Assembly (NCBI GenBank): GCA_022767945.1 | Contig: JALENF010000078.1 | Coordinates: forward strand, 1-45,755 | Source of the DNA: Bacillota bacterium | GTDB taxonomy: Bacteria; Bacillota; Clostridia; Peptostreptococcales; Anaerovoracaceae | Direction: 5' to 3' | DNA length: 45,755 bases | Part shown: positions 8,813 to 22,365 of the stretch, piece after piece | Layout: every line of letters starts with the position of its first letter | Position numbering within the stretch: position 1 is the first letter of the stretch | Translations under genes and position numbers: made by a program | Notes under the pieces: generated by a model | The model's input: the letters and a program-made list of their open reading frames with translations, nothing else | Databases searched by the model: none | What the model was told of the DNA's origin: nothing

Positions 8813-10666
8813 ATGGACAGATTATTTATGAAGTCTAAGGATCGGGCTGAATTTACAGTTGAAGGCTTGTATAAAGATCTTGAGAGACGAGTTGTATCCA
8901 GCCCTGCGGGACAGTGTCCTGTGGATATGGCTGCAGCCTTCCTGAGGATGTGTCATGCACAGAGCTGCGGTAAATGTATACCGTGTCGTGTAGGATTAGG
9001 TCAGCTGCAGATTATGCTCGACAGAATTCTTGCAATTGACGGCAATGAGGATCTGAGTATTTTGGACGATTTAAAAAGAACAGCGGAGGCAATCAGAGTA
9101 TCATCAGACTGTGCAATAGGTACAGAGGCTGCCGCTATGATTTTGCGTGGGATGGAAGGCTTCAGAAGTGATTATGAATCACACATTCTTAATCACAGCT
9201 GTGATGATACAGTAATAAACAAGAGACAGGCGGTTCCGTGCAGAGGAGGCTGTCCTGCAGGGGTAGATGTTCCGGGATATGTTGCCCTGGTAAGAAGCGG
9301 AAGATACGACGATGCAGTTAAGCTTATCAGAAAGGACAACCCTTTCCCTACAGTATGTGCATTGATCTGCGAACACCCATGTGAAGAAAAGTGCAGAAGA
9401 AACATAATAGATACACCTGTAAATATCAGAGCAATTAAGCGGTTTGCTGTGGATAACTGCTCAAAGGAGGTTGAAACTCCGGCAAGAATGGACAGCACAG
9501 GCAAGAAGGTTGCTGTAATTGGCGGAGGACCGTCCGGACTGTCAGCTGCATACTTCCTGTCAATAATGGGTCATGATGTAACAGTATTTGAAAAGAGAGC
9601 TCAGCTTGGCGGAATGCTGAGATACGGAATTCCAAAGTACAGACTGCCGAGAGAAAGGCTGCAGTGGGATATAGATGCAATCGCAGCGGCAGGCGTTGAA
9701 TTCAGGACTGACTATGATATCAGTTCAGATGAGGCAATTAAAGAAATCAAAGATAACTATGATGCAGTATATATTTCAATCGGCTCCCACAACCATAAGA
9801 ATCTTGGTATACCGGGAGAATTTGCCAAGGGAGTTATTCCTGCAGTTGAAATGCTGCGCAGCATAGGTGACGATGCTATGCCTAACTTTAAAGGTAAGTC
9901 AGTTGCTGTAATCGGCGGCGGAAACGTTGCTATGGACGTAGCAAGAACAGCCAGGAGACTTGGTGCAAGCCAGGTTTCCATAGTATACAGAAGACGAAGA
10001 GACGATATGACTGCACTTCCTGACGAAATCAATGGGGCTATTGCAGAAGGCTGCGAGCTGTTCCAGTTAAAAGCACCGTCAGAAATCATCGTAGATAAGA
10101 GCGGCCACGTAAAGGGACTGTATGTTCAGCCTCAGATTGCATCAGAAGCTGACCGCTCAGGAAGACCTAGGCCTGTTGATGCCGATCAGCCAAGAGAGAA
10201 GATTCCTTGCGATATCGTAATATCTGCAATCGGACAGGCTACTGATATCGAATTCTTTGAAAAATATGGAATTCCTGTATACAGAGGAACTATTAAGGCA
10301 GAAAAGAACAGTGTAGTAGATAAGGTACAGGGAATCTATGCAGGAGGAGACTGTGTAACCGGACCATCAACAGTTATCAATGCTATCGCTGCGGGAAAGG
10401 TTGCAGCTGCAAATATCGACAGCTATCTGGGATACAACCACGAAATTTCGGTGGATGTAGAGATACCTGACCCGGTAGTTGAGGACAAGCCTTCACGCGG
10501 AAGAATAGAATTAAAGGAAAGATATGCTGCCGAGAGAGGTGGAGACTTTGAAGCAGTAGAACTTCCAATGACAAGAGAGGAATCACTTGCGGAATGCTCA
10601 AGATGCCTGCGCTGTGATGTGTGCGGATTTGGATCATTTAGAGGAGGCAGAATAGAGAAATGGTAA
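8813..10666 (+). CDS. GltD-like NAD(P)H-dependent Fe-S flavoprotein, hydrogenase partner subunit
   Basis: N-terminal NuoF-type CGKCIPC cluster. Fer4_20 motifs PCRGGCP and ICEHPCEEKC. Rossmann motifs GGGPSG and GGGNVA, plus GGMLRYGIP and C-terminal RCLRC. ATG 8813 follows GGAGG. Confidence 0.88.
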   Translation: MDRLFMKSKDRAEFTVEGLYKDLERRVVSSPAGQCPVDMAAAFLRMCHAQSCGKCIPCRVGLGQLQIMLDRILAIDGNEDLSILDDLKRTAEAIRVSSDCAIGTEAAAMILRGMEGFRSDYESHILNHSCDDTVINKRQAVPCRGGCPAGVDVPGYVALVRSGRYDDAVKLIRKDNPFPTVCALICEHPCEEKCRRNIIDTPVNIRAIKRFAVDNCSKEVETPARMDSTGKKVAVIGGGPSGLSAAYFLSIMGHDVTVFEKRAQLGGMLRYGIPKYRLPRERLQWDIDAIAAAGVEFRTDYDISSDEAIKEIKDNYDAVYISIGSHNHKNLGIPGEFAKGVIPAVEMLRSIGDDAMPNFKGKSVAVIGGGNVAMDVARTARRLGASQVSIVYRRRRDDMTALPDEINGAIAEGCELFQLKAPSEIIVDKSGHVKGLYVQPQIASEADRSGRPRPVDADQPREKIPCDIVISAIGQATDIEFFEKYGIPVYRGTIKAEKNSVVDKVQGIYAGGDCVTGPSTVINAIAAGKVAAANIDSYLGYNHEISVDVEIPDPVVEDKPSRGRIELKERYAAERGGDFEAVELPMTREESLAECSRCLRCDVCGFGSFRGGRIEKW

Positions 10667-12402
10667 ACATAAAAATAGACGGACGAAAAATTTCAGTTGC
10701 TGCCGGCACTACAATAATGGAAGCCGCACAGAAGGCAGGAATAGATATTCCTCATCTTTGTTATCTTAAAGATATTAATGAAATCGGTGCCTGCAGAGTA
10801 TGTCTGGTTGAAATAGCCGGAATGGACAAGCTTGTAACAGCCTGCAATACAAAGGTTGAGGAAGGGCAGGAAATATTCACAAACAGTCCCAAGGTCAGAA
10901 TGACAAGAAAAATTAATGTTGAGCTGATTCTGTCAGATCTTGTCTGCAAGTGCGTGCAGTGTGTAAAAAGCGGAAACTGCACGCTGCAGAAGATTGCAAA
11001 CGACCTGGGCATAATCAGCCTGCACTATGAGAATACAGCGGAGAAGAATCGCTGGGATTTTGAACTTCCCCTTATCAAAGAGTCATCAAAATGTGTCAAA
11101 TGCATGAGATGTGTCCAGATATGCGATAAGGTTCAGGGATTAAATGTCTGGGACATAAACGGCTCAGGCTATAGAACAAATGTCGGAGTTTCAAAGAACA
11201 AGTCACTGACAGCAGCAGACTGTGCTCTTTGCGGTCAGTGTATTACTCATTGTCCGGTAGGAGCACTCAGAGCAAGAGACGACAGAGATATAATGAGCCG
11301 CGTGCTTGCAGATCCGGGCAAAATCACTATGGTACAGATTGCACCGGCGGTAAGAACGGCATGGGCAGATGAAATAGGGATGCCTAAGGCAGAGGCAACA
11401 ACAGGAAAGCTGGTAAGTGCACTGCGCAGAATCGGTTTTGATTACATATTTGATACAACATATTCTGCTGACCTTACAATTATGGAGGAAGGCTCGGAAT
11501 TCATCGAAAGATTTACTCACAAAGAGGATTACAGCTGGCCAATGTTTACATCCTGCTGCCCGGGCTGGGTAAGATTCGTAAAGACTCAGTACCCTGAGTT
11601 TGTTAAGAACCTGTCCACGGCAAAGTCTCCGCAGCAGATGTTCGGTGCGATGTCAAAGACATTCATTGCAAACAAGCTGGGTGTGGATCCTGACAAAATT
11701 TTCTCTGTGTCGATTATGCCTTGCATGTCCAAGAAATATGAGCATAACGTAGAGGAAGTAAATGATGCCGGTCACGGCAAGGATGTTGATTTAGTTCTGA
11801 CAACGAGGGAGCTTGCAAGAATGATTCGTGCCGACTATATCAAACCTTCTGATCTGAAGGAAGAGGATTTTGACGACATATTTGGTGAAGGTTCCGGAGC
11901 GGGCGTTATCTTCGGAGCGACCGGAGGAGTAATGGAGGCGGCACTGAGAAGTGCGTACTTCCTTGTAACGGGAGAGAACCCTGAGCCTGACAGCTTCAAG
12001 AGTGTAAGAGGTCTGGACGGCTGGAAGGAGGCCACTTTTGATATCAAAGGTCTTCAGGTGAAAGTTGCCGTTGCAAGCGGCCTGGGCAATACAAGAAAAC
12101 TGCTGGAGTCTATCAAGGCCGGCAAGGTTCATTACGACTTTGTAGAAATCATGGCATGTCCGGGAGGATGTGTCGGAGGAGGAGGACAGCCGACGAAGGA
12201 TGGCAAAGAATTTGCGGGCGTAAGAGGAGAGGCTCTGTATGGTCTGGATAAATTCTCAAATCTGAGGTTCTCACATGAAAACAGTGCTGTACAGCTGACA
12301 TATGAAGAATACCTCGGTGAGCCCAACTCACACAGAGCTCATGAGCTGCTTCACACAGACATTGAAAACTGGTCGATAAATATGAACAAAGAAAATATGT
12401 AA
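10660..12402 (+). CDS. hydA: [FeFe]-hydrogenase group A catalytic subunit (GltD-linked, A2-like)
   Basis: H-cluster motifs TSCCPGW, MPCMSKKYE, EIMACPGGCVGGGGQP. N-terminal [2Fe-2S] and 2x[4Fe-4S] ferredoxin motifs. Confidence 0.93.
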   Translation: MVNIKIDGRKISVAAGTTIMEAAQKAGIDIPHLCYLKDINEIGACRVCLVEIAGMDKLVTACNTKVEEGQEIFTNSPKVRMTRKINVELILSDLVCKCVQCVKSGNCTLQKIANDLGIISLHYENTAEKNRWDFELPLIKESSKCVKCMRCVQICDKVQGLNVWDINGSGYRTNVGVSKNKSLTAADCALCGQCITHCPVGALRARDDRDIMSRVLADPGKITMVQIAPAVRTAWADEIGMPKAEATTGKLVSALRRIGFDYIFDTTYSADLTIMEEGSEFIERFTHKEDYSWPMFTSCCPGWVRFVKTQYPEFVKNLSTAKSPQQMFGAMSKTFIANKLGVDPDKIFSVSIMPCMSKKYEHNVEEVNDAGHGKDVDLVLTTRELARMIRADYIKPSDLKEEDFDDIFGEGSGAGVIFGATGGVMEAALRSAYFLVTGENPEPDSFKSVRGLDGWKEATFDIKGLQVKVAVASGLGNTRKLLESIKAGKVHYDFVEIMACPGGCVGGGGQPTKDGKEFAGVRGEALYGLDKFSNLRFSHENSAVQLTYEEYLGEPNSHRAHELLHTDIENWSINMNKENM

Positions 12403-12421
12403 GATGATGAACATGTATTCT

Positions 12422-12456
12422 AAAAGGCTGAGGTTGTTGGACAACCTCAGCCTTTT
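12422..12456. terminator. Bidirectional terminator between hydA and recN
   Basis: aaaaggctgaggttgt-tgg-acaacctcagcctttt, perfect 16-bp stem. Confidence 0.85.
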
Positions 12457-14069
12457 GCTGAATTAAGAAGCTCCAAAGCACTTTTTCTTGTTGTATCTGT
12501 TATATTTTCACCACCTAGAAGTCTTGCAATCTCGTCTACTGTCTGATTGTCGTTCAGCTTTTCGACACGAGTAAATGTCTTTTCGTCCGTTACTTCTTTA
12601 TAAATTCTGTAATGAGATTCTCCACATGCGGCTATCTGGGGGAGATGCGTAATGCAGATAATCTGATGGTGACGTGCAATTTCCTTTAGCTTGCGTCCGA
12701 CAATGCTGGCTGTAATTCCGCTGATTCCTGCATCGATTTCATCAAAAATCATGGTAGGAATGCTGTCATATGTTCCGGTGATGTTTTTGATTGCAAGCAT
12801 AATTCTGGAAATTTCACCGCCTGAGGCAATTTTCGCGAGAGGTTTTAGTGGTTCACCTCTATTGGTTGAAATAAGAATCTCTATCTGATCCTTCCCGTTT
12901 GGACCGATATCCGGCAACTCTCTGAATTCTATAGAAAGCTGTGCGGAATCAAAGTTCAGATCCTTAAGCTCTTTTTCAATCGATTTTTCCAGTTCAGAGG
13001 CACTTGATCTTCTGGCTTCAGTAAGCAGATCAGCCTGAATCTTAAGCTCCTGCAGTGCTTTGTCTGTATCCTCTGTAAGTTGCGCCTTGAGCTCGTCAAA
13101 ATTATCAATACTGTAAAGCTCCTCAGATACTCTGTCCATATATGACAGAATCTCTTCAATGGTAGAACCGTATTTCTTCTTGAGTCCGTCTATTGTATTC
13201 AGTCTGGCAATAGCCTCGTCCAGCTCATGAGGCGAGAAGGTAACCTTTTCTCTGATATCCCTCAGCGATGAGGAGATATCTTCCAGTCTGTAAAACAGAT
13301 CTGAATAATCGTCAGCAACCGAGGAAATTTCTCTTGAATAAGAGGCAATACCCTGAAGAGCATTCATACCGGAACCTAAAGCTGATAAGACTGCATTTTC
13401 ACCACCGTTAAGCATTTCGTAGGTCCCTTCGACAGCTGAGTATATCTTTTCACTGTTCTGAAGCATTGAAATACGTTCCTCAAGTTCATTATCTTCGCCT
13501 ATGTGCAGCTGAGCCGAGCTGATTTCATCCACTTCAAATCGGTAGAAATCCCTCTTCCTCAGGTTTTCTGTCTCTGCGGAAAGCAGAGAACTGAGTTTCT
13601 GTTTTAGTGATGTGTATGCTTCGTAGCACCGGGAGAAATTTTCCTTGATTGATTCTATGTGGCTACTGTGAAACCTGTCTACCAGATTGATATGATTATC
13701 ACAGTTTAGGAGAGACTGGTTATCATACTGGCCATGTATGTCTGCAAGCCTGCGGCATGTGACAAGAAGTTCACTGAGTGTTACAATCTGACCATTGAGT
13801 CTGCACAGATTTTTACCGGCAGATGACACCTCTCTGGTAATTACTATTTCTTCACCATCCAGATCACCGGCCAGCTGAACAACAGCTTTATCTGCGCCGG
13901 ATCGTACAAATGCAGAATCAGCCCTGCTCCCGAGAGCAAGGCTAATAGCTTCGATTACTATAGATTTTCCGCTACCGGTTTCCCCGGTAATAATATTTAA
14001 ACCATGGTCAAAATCAATTTCAGTGTTCTCAATAATTGCAAAATTACTGATACTAATATGGTTCATCAT
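12447..14069 (-). CDS. recN: DNA repair protein RecN
   Basis: ITGETGSGKS, IHGQ, ASGGEISR, IFDEIDAG, ITHLPQIAA. Confidence 0.95.
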   Translation of the reverse strand: MMNHISISNFAIIENTEIDFDHGLNIITGETGSGKSIVIEAISLALGSRADSAFVRSGADKAVVQLAGDLDGEEIVITREVSSAGKNLCRLNGQIVTLSELLVTCRRLADIHGQYDNQSLLNCDNHINLVDRFHSSHIESIKENFSRCYEAYTSLKQKLSSLLSAETENLRKRDFYRFEVDEISSAQLHIGEDNELEERISMLQNSEKIYSAVEGTYEMLNGGENAVLSALGSGMNALQGIASYSREISSVADDYSDLFYRLEDISSSLRDIREKVTFSPHELDEAIARLNTIDGLKKKYGSTIEEILSYMDRVSEELYSIDNFDELKAQLTEDTDKALQELKIQADLLTEARRSSASELEKSIEKELKDLNFDSAQLSIEFRELPDIGPNGKDQIEILISTNRGEPLKPLAKIASGGEISRIMLAIKNITGTYDSIPTMIFDEIDAGISGITASIVGRKLKEIARHHQIICITHLPQIAACGESHYRIYKEVTDEKTFTRVEKLNDNQTVDEIARLLGGENITDTTRKSALELLNSAKG

Positions 14070-14533
14070 ATATTTTTAGACCTCATAATAAGCATTTCGT
14101 TAAAAATGGAAAGGATGCTTTCTACATTTTCTTCACGGTCAACAATGATAAGCAGGGTATTGTCTCCGGCAATAGAACCTACTACGTGAGGAAGACTGAT
14201 GCAGTCAATTGCTTCGCCTGCGGCAGGTCCGCATCCGGAAAGCGTTTTCACAACAATTAGGTTCTGTGCAGAAGCGAAGGAAGTGATCGTCTCCCTGAAA
14301 ATCTTAACGAATCTGTCTGAAATAGGCGTATCCTTGTTAGTGCTTACAGCATATTTGTATTTTCCTGAACTGGAAAGTGTCTTAATAAGCTGCAGCTCTT
14401 TAATGTCTCTGGAAATTGTTGCCTGTGTAACATCAAAACCTTCAGCCTTAAGCATCGAAACAAGCTTATCCTGAGTTTCGATATCGTTGTTTGCAATCAG
14501 CTCCAGTATCTTATTCTGTCTGGAATAACGCAT
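14066..14533 (-). CDS. argR: Arginine repressor
   Basis: VTQATISRDIKEL helix-turn-helix and GSIAGDNT. Conserved argR-recN order. Confidence 0.95.
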   Translation of the reverse strand: MRYSRQNKILELIANNDIETQDKLVSMLKAEGFDVTQATISRDIKELQLIKTLSSSGKYKYAVSTNKDTPISDRFVKIFRETITSFASAQNLIVVKTLSGCGPAAGEAIDCISLPHVVGSIAGDNTLLIIVDREENVESILSIFNEMLIMRSKNI

Positions 14534-14652
14534 TTTCTCTTCTCCTTTTATGAACCAATAATCTATATCCGTGAAAATTATATCATAATTTTAAGCGTCA
14601 AAGCAATAATTAATTCATAAAATACAATGGGGATTAATAAAAATTCAAATAA

Positions 14653-14681
14653 TGGACAAACAAATGTTCCTGTGTTATACT
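14653..14681 (+). promoter_or_regulatory. ruvCAB promoter with a LexA (Cheo-type) box in the spacer
   Basis: TGGACA-17 bp-TATACT with extended TG. AAAC-AAAT-GTTC (14658-14669) is one mismatch from GAAC-N4-GTTC. Confidence 0.65.
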
Positions 14682-14712
14682 ATTTCTGAATGTATATTAA
14701 GGAGTATGGAAT

Positions 14713-15204
14713 ATGAGAATTTTAGGAGTTGACCCTGGTTATGCCATCCTTGGATGGGGGGTGCTGGACCTTAAGGGAAATCATTTTTCCGTAGTAGATT
14801 ACGGGGCAATTACAACGGATGCCAAGATGGAAATGCCGCTGAGACTGCAGCATCTTTATATTCAGCTCTGTGCAGTCATTGAGAAATATAAGCCTGAGGT
14901 TGCATCAATTGAGGAGCTGTTTTTTAACAGTAATGCAAAGACAGCAATTATGGTTGGACAGGCCAGAGGAGTTGCTGTACTTGCCTGCGTGAATGGCGGT
15001 CTGGAAGTGAACGAATACACACCTCTTCAGATAAAACAGGCACTGGTAGGATACGGACGGGCAGACAAGAAACAGGTGCAGGCAATGGTAAAGGCCATTC
15101 TTAACCTTTCAGAGGTGCCTAAACCGGACGATACGGCTGATGCTGTGGCGGCTGCAATATGTCATGGACATTCAGCAGGAAACAGAGCGAGGTTAATCAA
15201 ATGA
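14713..15204 (+). CDS. ruvC: Holliday junction resolvase
   Basis: [27 protein letters not shown]. Confidence 0.95.
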   Translation: MRILGVDPGYAILGWGVLDLKGNHFSVVDYGAITTDAKMEMPLRLQHLYIQLCAVIEKYKPEVASIEELFFNSNAKTAIMVGQARGVAVLACVNGGLEVNEYTPLQIKQALVGYGRADKKQVQAMVKAILNLSEVPKPDDTADAVAAAICHGHSAGNRARLIK

Positions 15205-15794
15205 TAAGATATATTAAAGGAAGATTTTATCCTAATATTGATGGAAGTATTATTGTAGAAACTGATTCGGGAATAGGCTTTAGAGTTTTTGTCCCTGCAA
15301 ATTCGGCAGTATACAGAAACACAGAGGGAAACGAAGTAAAAATATACACTTCCATGATAGTAAGAGAGGATGCAATGAGCCTGTATGGGTTTAACGGAAA
15401 GGATGAGCTGGAACTTTTTGAACTCCTTATTACTGTAAATGGAGTTGGAGCAAAGGCAGGTATGTCAATAATGAGTACACTTCCTCCGTCTGAACTGAAA
15501 CAGGCTATAGCATCAGGTGACGTGAAGGCAATTTCAGCAGCAAACGGCATAGGTAAGAAAACTGCTGAAAGAATAATTCTGGAACTCAAAGATAAGATGG
15601 AGGCCTTTGGTCTTGCAGCGGATACAGCAGTTTCTGCCCGGACTGTATACAGCGACGAAAGAAGCGAGGCTGTGAACGCTTTGATCGCTCTTGGGTACAC
15701 TAAGAACGAGGCGGCGGCTGCTGTCGGCGATGTTGCCGGAGAAACCCTGACCTGCGAGGAATACATTAAAGGTGCACTTAAGAATTTATTATAG
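15201..15794 (+). CDS. ruvA: Holliday junction branch migration protein
   Basis: [11 protein letters not shown], HhH motifs VNGVGAK and [17 protein letters not shown] overlaps the ruvC stop (ATGA). Confidence 0.95.
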   Translation: MIRYIKGRFYPNIDGSIIVETDSGIGFRVFVPANSAVYRNTEGNEVKIYTSMIVREDAMSLYGFNGKDELELFELLITVNGVGAKAGMSIMSTLPPSELKQAIASGDVKAISAANGIGKKTAERIILELKDKMEAFGLAADTAVSARTVYSDERSEAVNALIALGYTKNEAAAAVGDVAGETLTCEEYIKGALKNLL

Positions 15795-15803
15795 AGGTAA
15801 TAT

Positions 15804-16826
15804 ATGGAAGAAGAAAGAATTACTCAGTCAGGAGCACTTGCTGCAGAGGAAAAGCAGGAGACTACTCTCAGACCCCAGATTCTGGATGATTTTATGGGGC
15901 AGAATAATGTAAAAGATAATCTGAAAATATTTATAGAGGCAGCAAAGCTGAGAGGTGAACCTCTAGATCATGTTCTGTTCTATGGCCCTCCGGGCCTGGG
16001 CAAGACCACCCTGGCAGGAATCATAGCAAATGAGCTGGGAGTTGATATCAAGATAACCTCGGGTCCGGCAATAGAGAGAGCCGGTGACCTTGCAGCAATC
16101 CTGACCAATCTGAATGAGAATGATGTGCTTTTTATCGACGAAATACACAGACTGAACAGGTCTGTGGAAGAGGTTCTGTATTCTGCAATGGAGGACTACG
16201 CCCTGGACATCATAATAGGAAAAGGCCCCTCAGCCAGATCTATCCGTCTGGACATTGCAAAGTTTACCCTGATTGGTGCGACTACAAGGGCGGGAAGCCT
16301 TTCAGCACCTTTAAGAGATCGTTTTGGTGTAATCAGCAAATTTGAGTTGTACGACAATGAGGAGCTTGCACATATTATCAGGCGCTCCGCAGGTCTGCTT
16401 GGGGTGGAGGTTGATGACAGTTCTCTTATGAAGATGGCCAGATGTTCAAGAGGTACCCCGCGTGTTGCAAACAGACTCCTGAAAAGAATAAGAGATTTCT
16501 CTCAGGTGAGAGGAAACGGAGTTATTACAGAAGAAATAACCGCTGAGGCACTTAAGGCTCTAGGCGTTGACAGTCTGGGACTTGAGCGTCTGGACAGAGA
16601 AATACTGTCAGCAATCATACATAGATTTAACGGAGGTCCTGTGGGAATAGACACCATTGCTGCTTCCATAGGAGAAGAGCGTGTCACAATAGAGGACGCC
16701 TACGAACCGTATTTAATACAATCGGGCTTGCTATATCGCACACAAAAAGGTAGAATGGTATCTCGATTAGGTTATAAGCACCTGGGACTGGAGTATCCGG
16801 GAGAAGGAGAAGACAGTGAAAATTAG
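15804..16826 (+). CDS. ruvB: Holliday junction helicase
   Basis: [35 protein letters not shown]. Confidence 0.97.
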   Translation: MEEERITQSGALAAEEKQETTLRPQILDDFMGQNNVKDNLKIFIEAAKLRGEPLDHVLFYGPPGLGKTTLAGIIANELGVDIKITSGPAIERAGDLAAILTNLNENDVLFIDEIHRLNRSVEEVLYSAMEDYALDIIIGKGPSARSIRLDIAKFTLIGATTRAGSLSAPLRDRFGVISKFELYDNEELAHIIRRSAGLLGVEVDDSSLMKMARCSRGTPRVANRLLKRIRDFSQVRGNGVITEEITAEALKALGVDSLGLERLDREILSAIIHRFNGGPVGIDTIAASIGEERVTIEDAYEPYLIQSGLLYRTQKGRMVSRLGYKHLGLEYPGEGEDSEN

Positions 16827-17859
16827 TGATTTTGATTACGAGCTTCCTGCAGAGCTGATAGCTCAGAGGCCTACAGAAAAAAGAGATGTCTGCCGCCTCA
16901 TGGTAATGGACAGAGCTAAGGGAAGCATCGAACATAAACATTTTTATGATATTCTTGATTATCTGAACAGGGGTGACTGCCTTATACTAAATAATTCTAA
17001 GGTACTGCCTGCCCGTCTCTTCGGAGAGAAGGAGGGCACCGGAGCTAAGATAGAGTTTCTGCTTATCAAGAGAATTGAAGGCGACCGCTGGGAAACCATG
17101 GTAAAACCGGGCAAACGACTGAAACCGGGAGATTCAGTAAGCTTCGGTGACAGTTTCAGAGCTGAGATAGTGGATTACGGCTCTGACGGTACGAGAATAG
17201 TAGATTTTAAGTATGAAGGAATTTTTATGGAAAGGCTTGAAGAACTTGGAAAGATGCCTCTGCCTCCGTATATTGAAAGAGAAAGTACACTTGAAGACAA
17301 GGATATGTATCAGACTGTGTACTGTAAGGAGGAGGGTTCGGTTGCCGCACCGACAGCAGGGCTGCATTTTACAGACGAACTTCTGAAAAAGGCAGAAGAG
17401 AAGGGAGTCAAGCTTGCGTATGTCACACTTCACGTAGGAATCGGTACTTTCAGACCGGTAAAATGCGAAAATGTGGAAGATCACAGCATGCATTTTGAAG
17501 AGTACTTCATAGATGAGGAAAACGCTGCACTTATAAACGATACTATCAGAAAAGGCGGCAGAATAATATCCGTAGGAACCACATCTACAAGAACCGTGGA
17601 AAGCGCTGCATACTTCGATGAGGAACTGGGCAGATATCAGGTTGCTGCGGGTTCAGGTAACACTGATATATTTATTTACCCAGGATATAAATTTAAAATT
17701 ATAGAAGCTCTGATAACAAATTTTCATCTCCCGAAGTCAACTCTGCTGATGCTGATATCTGCACTGTATGACAGGGAGAAGATTCTTGAGGCGTATGAAA
17801 TTGCTGTTAAGGAGAAATACCGTTTCTTCAGCTATGGTGACGCATGCCTGATAATATAG
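16816..17859 (+). CDS. queA: SAM:tRNA ribosyltransferase-isomerase
   Basis: [49 protein letters not shown] start. Confidence 0.97.
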   Translation: MKISDFDYELPAELIAQRPTEKRDVCRLMVMDRAKGSIEHKHFYDILDYLNRGDCLILNNSKVLPARLFGEKEGTGAKIEFLLIKRIEGDRWETMVKPGKRLKPGDSVSFGDSFRAEIVDYGSDGTRIVDFKYEGIFMERLEELGKMPLPPYIERESTLEDKDMYQTVYCKEEGSVAAPTAGLHFTDELLKKAEEKGVKLAYVTLHVGIGTFRPVKCENVEDHSMHFEEYFIDEENAALINDTIRKGGRIISVGTTSTRTVESAAYFDEELGRYQVAAGSGNTDIFIYPGYKFKIIEALITNFHLPKSTLLMLISALYDREKILEAYEIAVKEKYRFFSYGDACLII

Positions 17860-17865
17860 GCATAG

Positions 17866-20194
<2,329 letters not shown>

Positions 20195-20209
20195 ATAAGG
20201 AGGAATTTA

Positions 20210-21793
20210 GTGTTAACAGTAACAAATGTAAGTATGAACTTTAGCGGGCAGGTTCTGTTCAAGGATGTTGATCTTAAATTTACACAGGGCAACTGCTACG
20301 GTATAATCGGAGCAAACGGAGCCGGAAAATCAACCTTTCTGAGAATTCTGTCCGGAGATCTTGAACCTACAACAGGCACAGTATCACTGAAGCCACATAC
20401 AAGAATGTCCGTCCTTAAGCAGGACCACTTCGCCTTCGATGAATTCACGGTTCTGGATACGGTAATTCAGGGAAATCCAAGACTTTATCAGGTTATGAAG
20501 GAAAAAGACGCTATTTATATGAAAGAGGACTTCTCAGAGGAAGACGGTATCAGAGCTGCCGAGCTTGAGGCGGAATTCGCTGAAATGGACGGATGGGAGG
20601 CCGATTCTAATGTAAGTAAGCTGATTCAGGGTCTGGGACTGTCAGAGGATATTCTGTACAGCCCGATGTCAGGTCTGACAGCAAAAGAAAAGGTTAAGGT
20701 TCTGCTTGCACAGGCACTGTTCGGCAATCCGGAAATCGTACTTCTTGACGAGCCTACCAACCATCTTGATATCAAAGCTATCAACTGGCTGGAGGAATTT
20801 CTTATGGAATATCCGGGAACAGTGCTGGTAGTATCCCATGACAGGCATTTCCTGAACACTGTCTGCACCAACATAGTTGACGTAGACTACGGCAAGATTA
20901 AAATGTATGTAGGAAACTACGAGTTCTGGTATGAATCATCACAGCTGATGCAGAAGCTCCTCACGAACCAGAAGAAGAGAACTGAGGAGAAAATAAAGGA
21001 ACTGCAGACATTCATCCAGCGTTTCAGCTCCAACAAATCCAAGGCAAAACAGGCCACATCAAGAAGAAAGCTGCTGGACAAGCTGACTATAGAAGAACTG
21101 CCTGCATCATCACGCCGCTATCCTTTTGTAGGCTTCACAATGGACAGGGAGGCAGGCAAGGATATTCTGCAGGTTGATAATCTGTCCAAGACTATTGACG
21201 GCGTGAAGGTTCTTGACAACATTACCTTCAGAGTAAACAAGGGTGACAAAATAGCTTTTGTAGGCGAAAATGAAATCGCCAATACAACGCTTTTTAAAAT
21301 AATTATGGGAGAAATGGAGCCGGATGAAGGAAGCTACAAATGGGGAATCACCATTACAAGCTCATATCTTCCGATAGATAATTCAGAGTACTTTAACGGT
21401 TCTGAATACAACATGATTGAATGGCTGAGCCAGTATACAAAGGAAACCACTGAAACATTCATGAGAAGCTTCCTCGGAAGAATGCTGTTCTCAGGCGATG
21501 ACGTATACAAAAATGTACAGGTTCTTTCCGGAGGTGAGAAGGTAAGATGCATGCTTTCACGTATGATGCTTTACGGATCAAACGTTCTGGTTCTTGATCA
21601 GCCGACAAATCACCTGGATCTTGAATCCATTACAGCGGTAAATGAAGGTCTTATCAATTTCAAGGGTAATGTAATCTTTGCATCTCACGACCACGAATTC
21701 ATTCAGACCATTGCAAACCGCATCATGGAAATCAGACCGGATGGAACCCTTATCGACAAGCTTTGCACATACGACGAATATATCGAGATGTAA
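20210..21793 (+). CDS. ABC-F family ATPase (YkpA/YbiT-like)
   Basis: Two NBDs and no TM segments. [35 protein letters not shown] start after AAGGAGG. Confidence 0.88.
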   Translation: MLTVTNVSMNFSGQVLFKDVDLKFTQGNCYGIIGANGAGKSTFLRILSGDLEPTTGTVSLKPHTRMSVLKQDHFAFDEFTVLDTVIQGNPRLYQVMKEKDAIYMKEDFSEEDGIRAAELEAEFAEMDGWEADSNVSKLIQGLGLSEDILYSPMSGLTAKEKVKVLLAQALFGNPEIVLLDEPTNHLDIKAINWLEEFLMEYPGTVLVVSHDRHFLNTVCTNIVDVDYGKIKMYVGNYEFWYESSQLMQKLLTNQKKRTEEKIKELQTFIQRFSSNKSKAKQATSRRKLLDKLTIEELPASSRRYPFVGFTMDREAGKDILQVDNLSKTIDGVKVLDNITFRVNKGDKIAFVGENEIANTTLFKIIMGEMEPDEGSYKWGITITSSYLPIDNSEYFNGSEYNMIEWLSQYTKETTETFMRSFLGRMLFSGDDVYKNVQVLSGGEKVRCMLSRMMLYGSNVLVLDQPTNHLDLESITAVNEGLINFKGNVIFASHDHEFIQTIANRIMEIRPDGTLIDKLCTYDEYIEM

Positions 21794-21813
21794 TTTCAGG
21801 AGGAAGCAGAAGC

Positions 21814-22365
21814 ATGGACAGTGAAAAAATAAAAGATGGAGTCCGCCTTATTCTTGAAGGAATAGGCGAAGATGTGAACAGAGAAGGTCTCCTTGAAACA
21901 CCGGATCGGATTGCACGCATGTGTGAACAGATTTTCGCAGGTCTGGAACAGGACGCTTCAGTTCACTTCGAAAAGAAATTTCATGCAGTCAACAACAATA
22001 TAGTAATAGAAAAGGACATTGTTTTTCATTCAGTATGTGAACATCATCTGCTGCCTTTTTTCGGCAAGGCGCATGTGGCATATATTCCTAACGAGAAGGT
22101 TGCAGGTCTGAGCAAGCTGGCACGTACCGTGGAGGTATTTGCCAGAAGACCGCAGATTCAGGAAAATATGACGGCCCAGATTGCAGAAGCCGTGGAAAAA
22201 TATCTGGAGCCGAAGGGCGTGATGGTAATGATTGAGGCAGAGCATATGTGTATGTCGATGAGAGGAGTTCAGAAGCCGGGAACCAAGACAGTAACAACAA
22301 TTACTAAGGGCGCCTTTGCCGAGGATTACAGCCTTCAGCAGACATTTATGCAGATGGTGAAGTAG
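21814..22365 (+). CDS. folE: GTP cyclohydrolase I
   Basis: [36 protein letters not shown] 21814 follows AGGAGG. Confidence 0.95.
   Translation: MDSEKIKDGVRLILEGIGEDVNREGLLETPDRIARMCEQIFAGLEQDASVHFEKKFHAVNNNIVIEKDIVFHSVCEHHLLPFFGKAHVAYIPNEKVAGLSKLARTVEVFARRPQIQENMTAQIAEAVEKYLEPKGVMVMIEAEHMCMSMRGVQKPGTKTVTTITKGAFAEDYSLQQTFMQMVK

Noticed and set aside
14685-14702. ARG-box-like TCTGAATGTATATTAAGG between argR and ruvC
   Set aside because: Single imperfect copy in AT-rich DNA, whereas ArgR normally uses tandem boxes.
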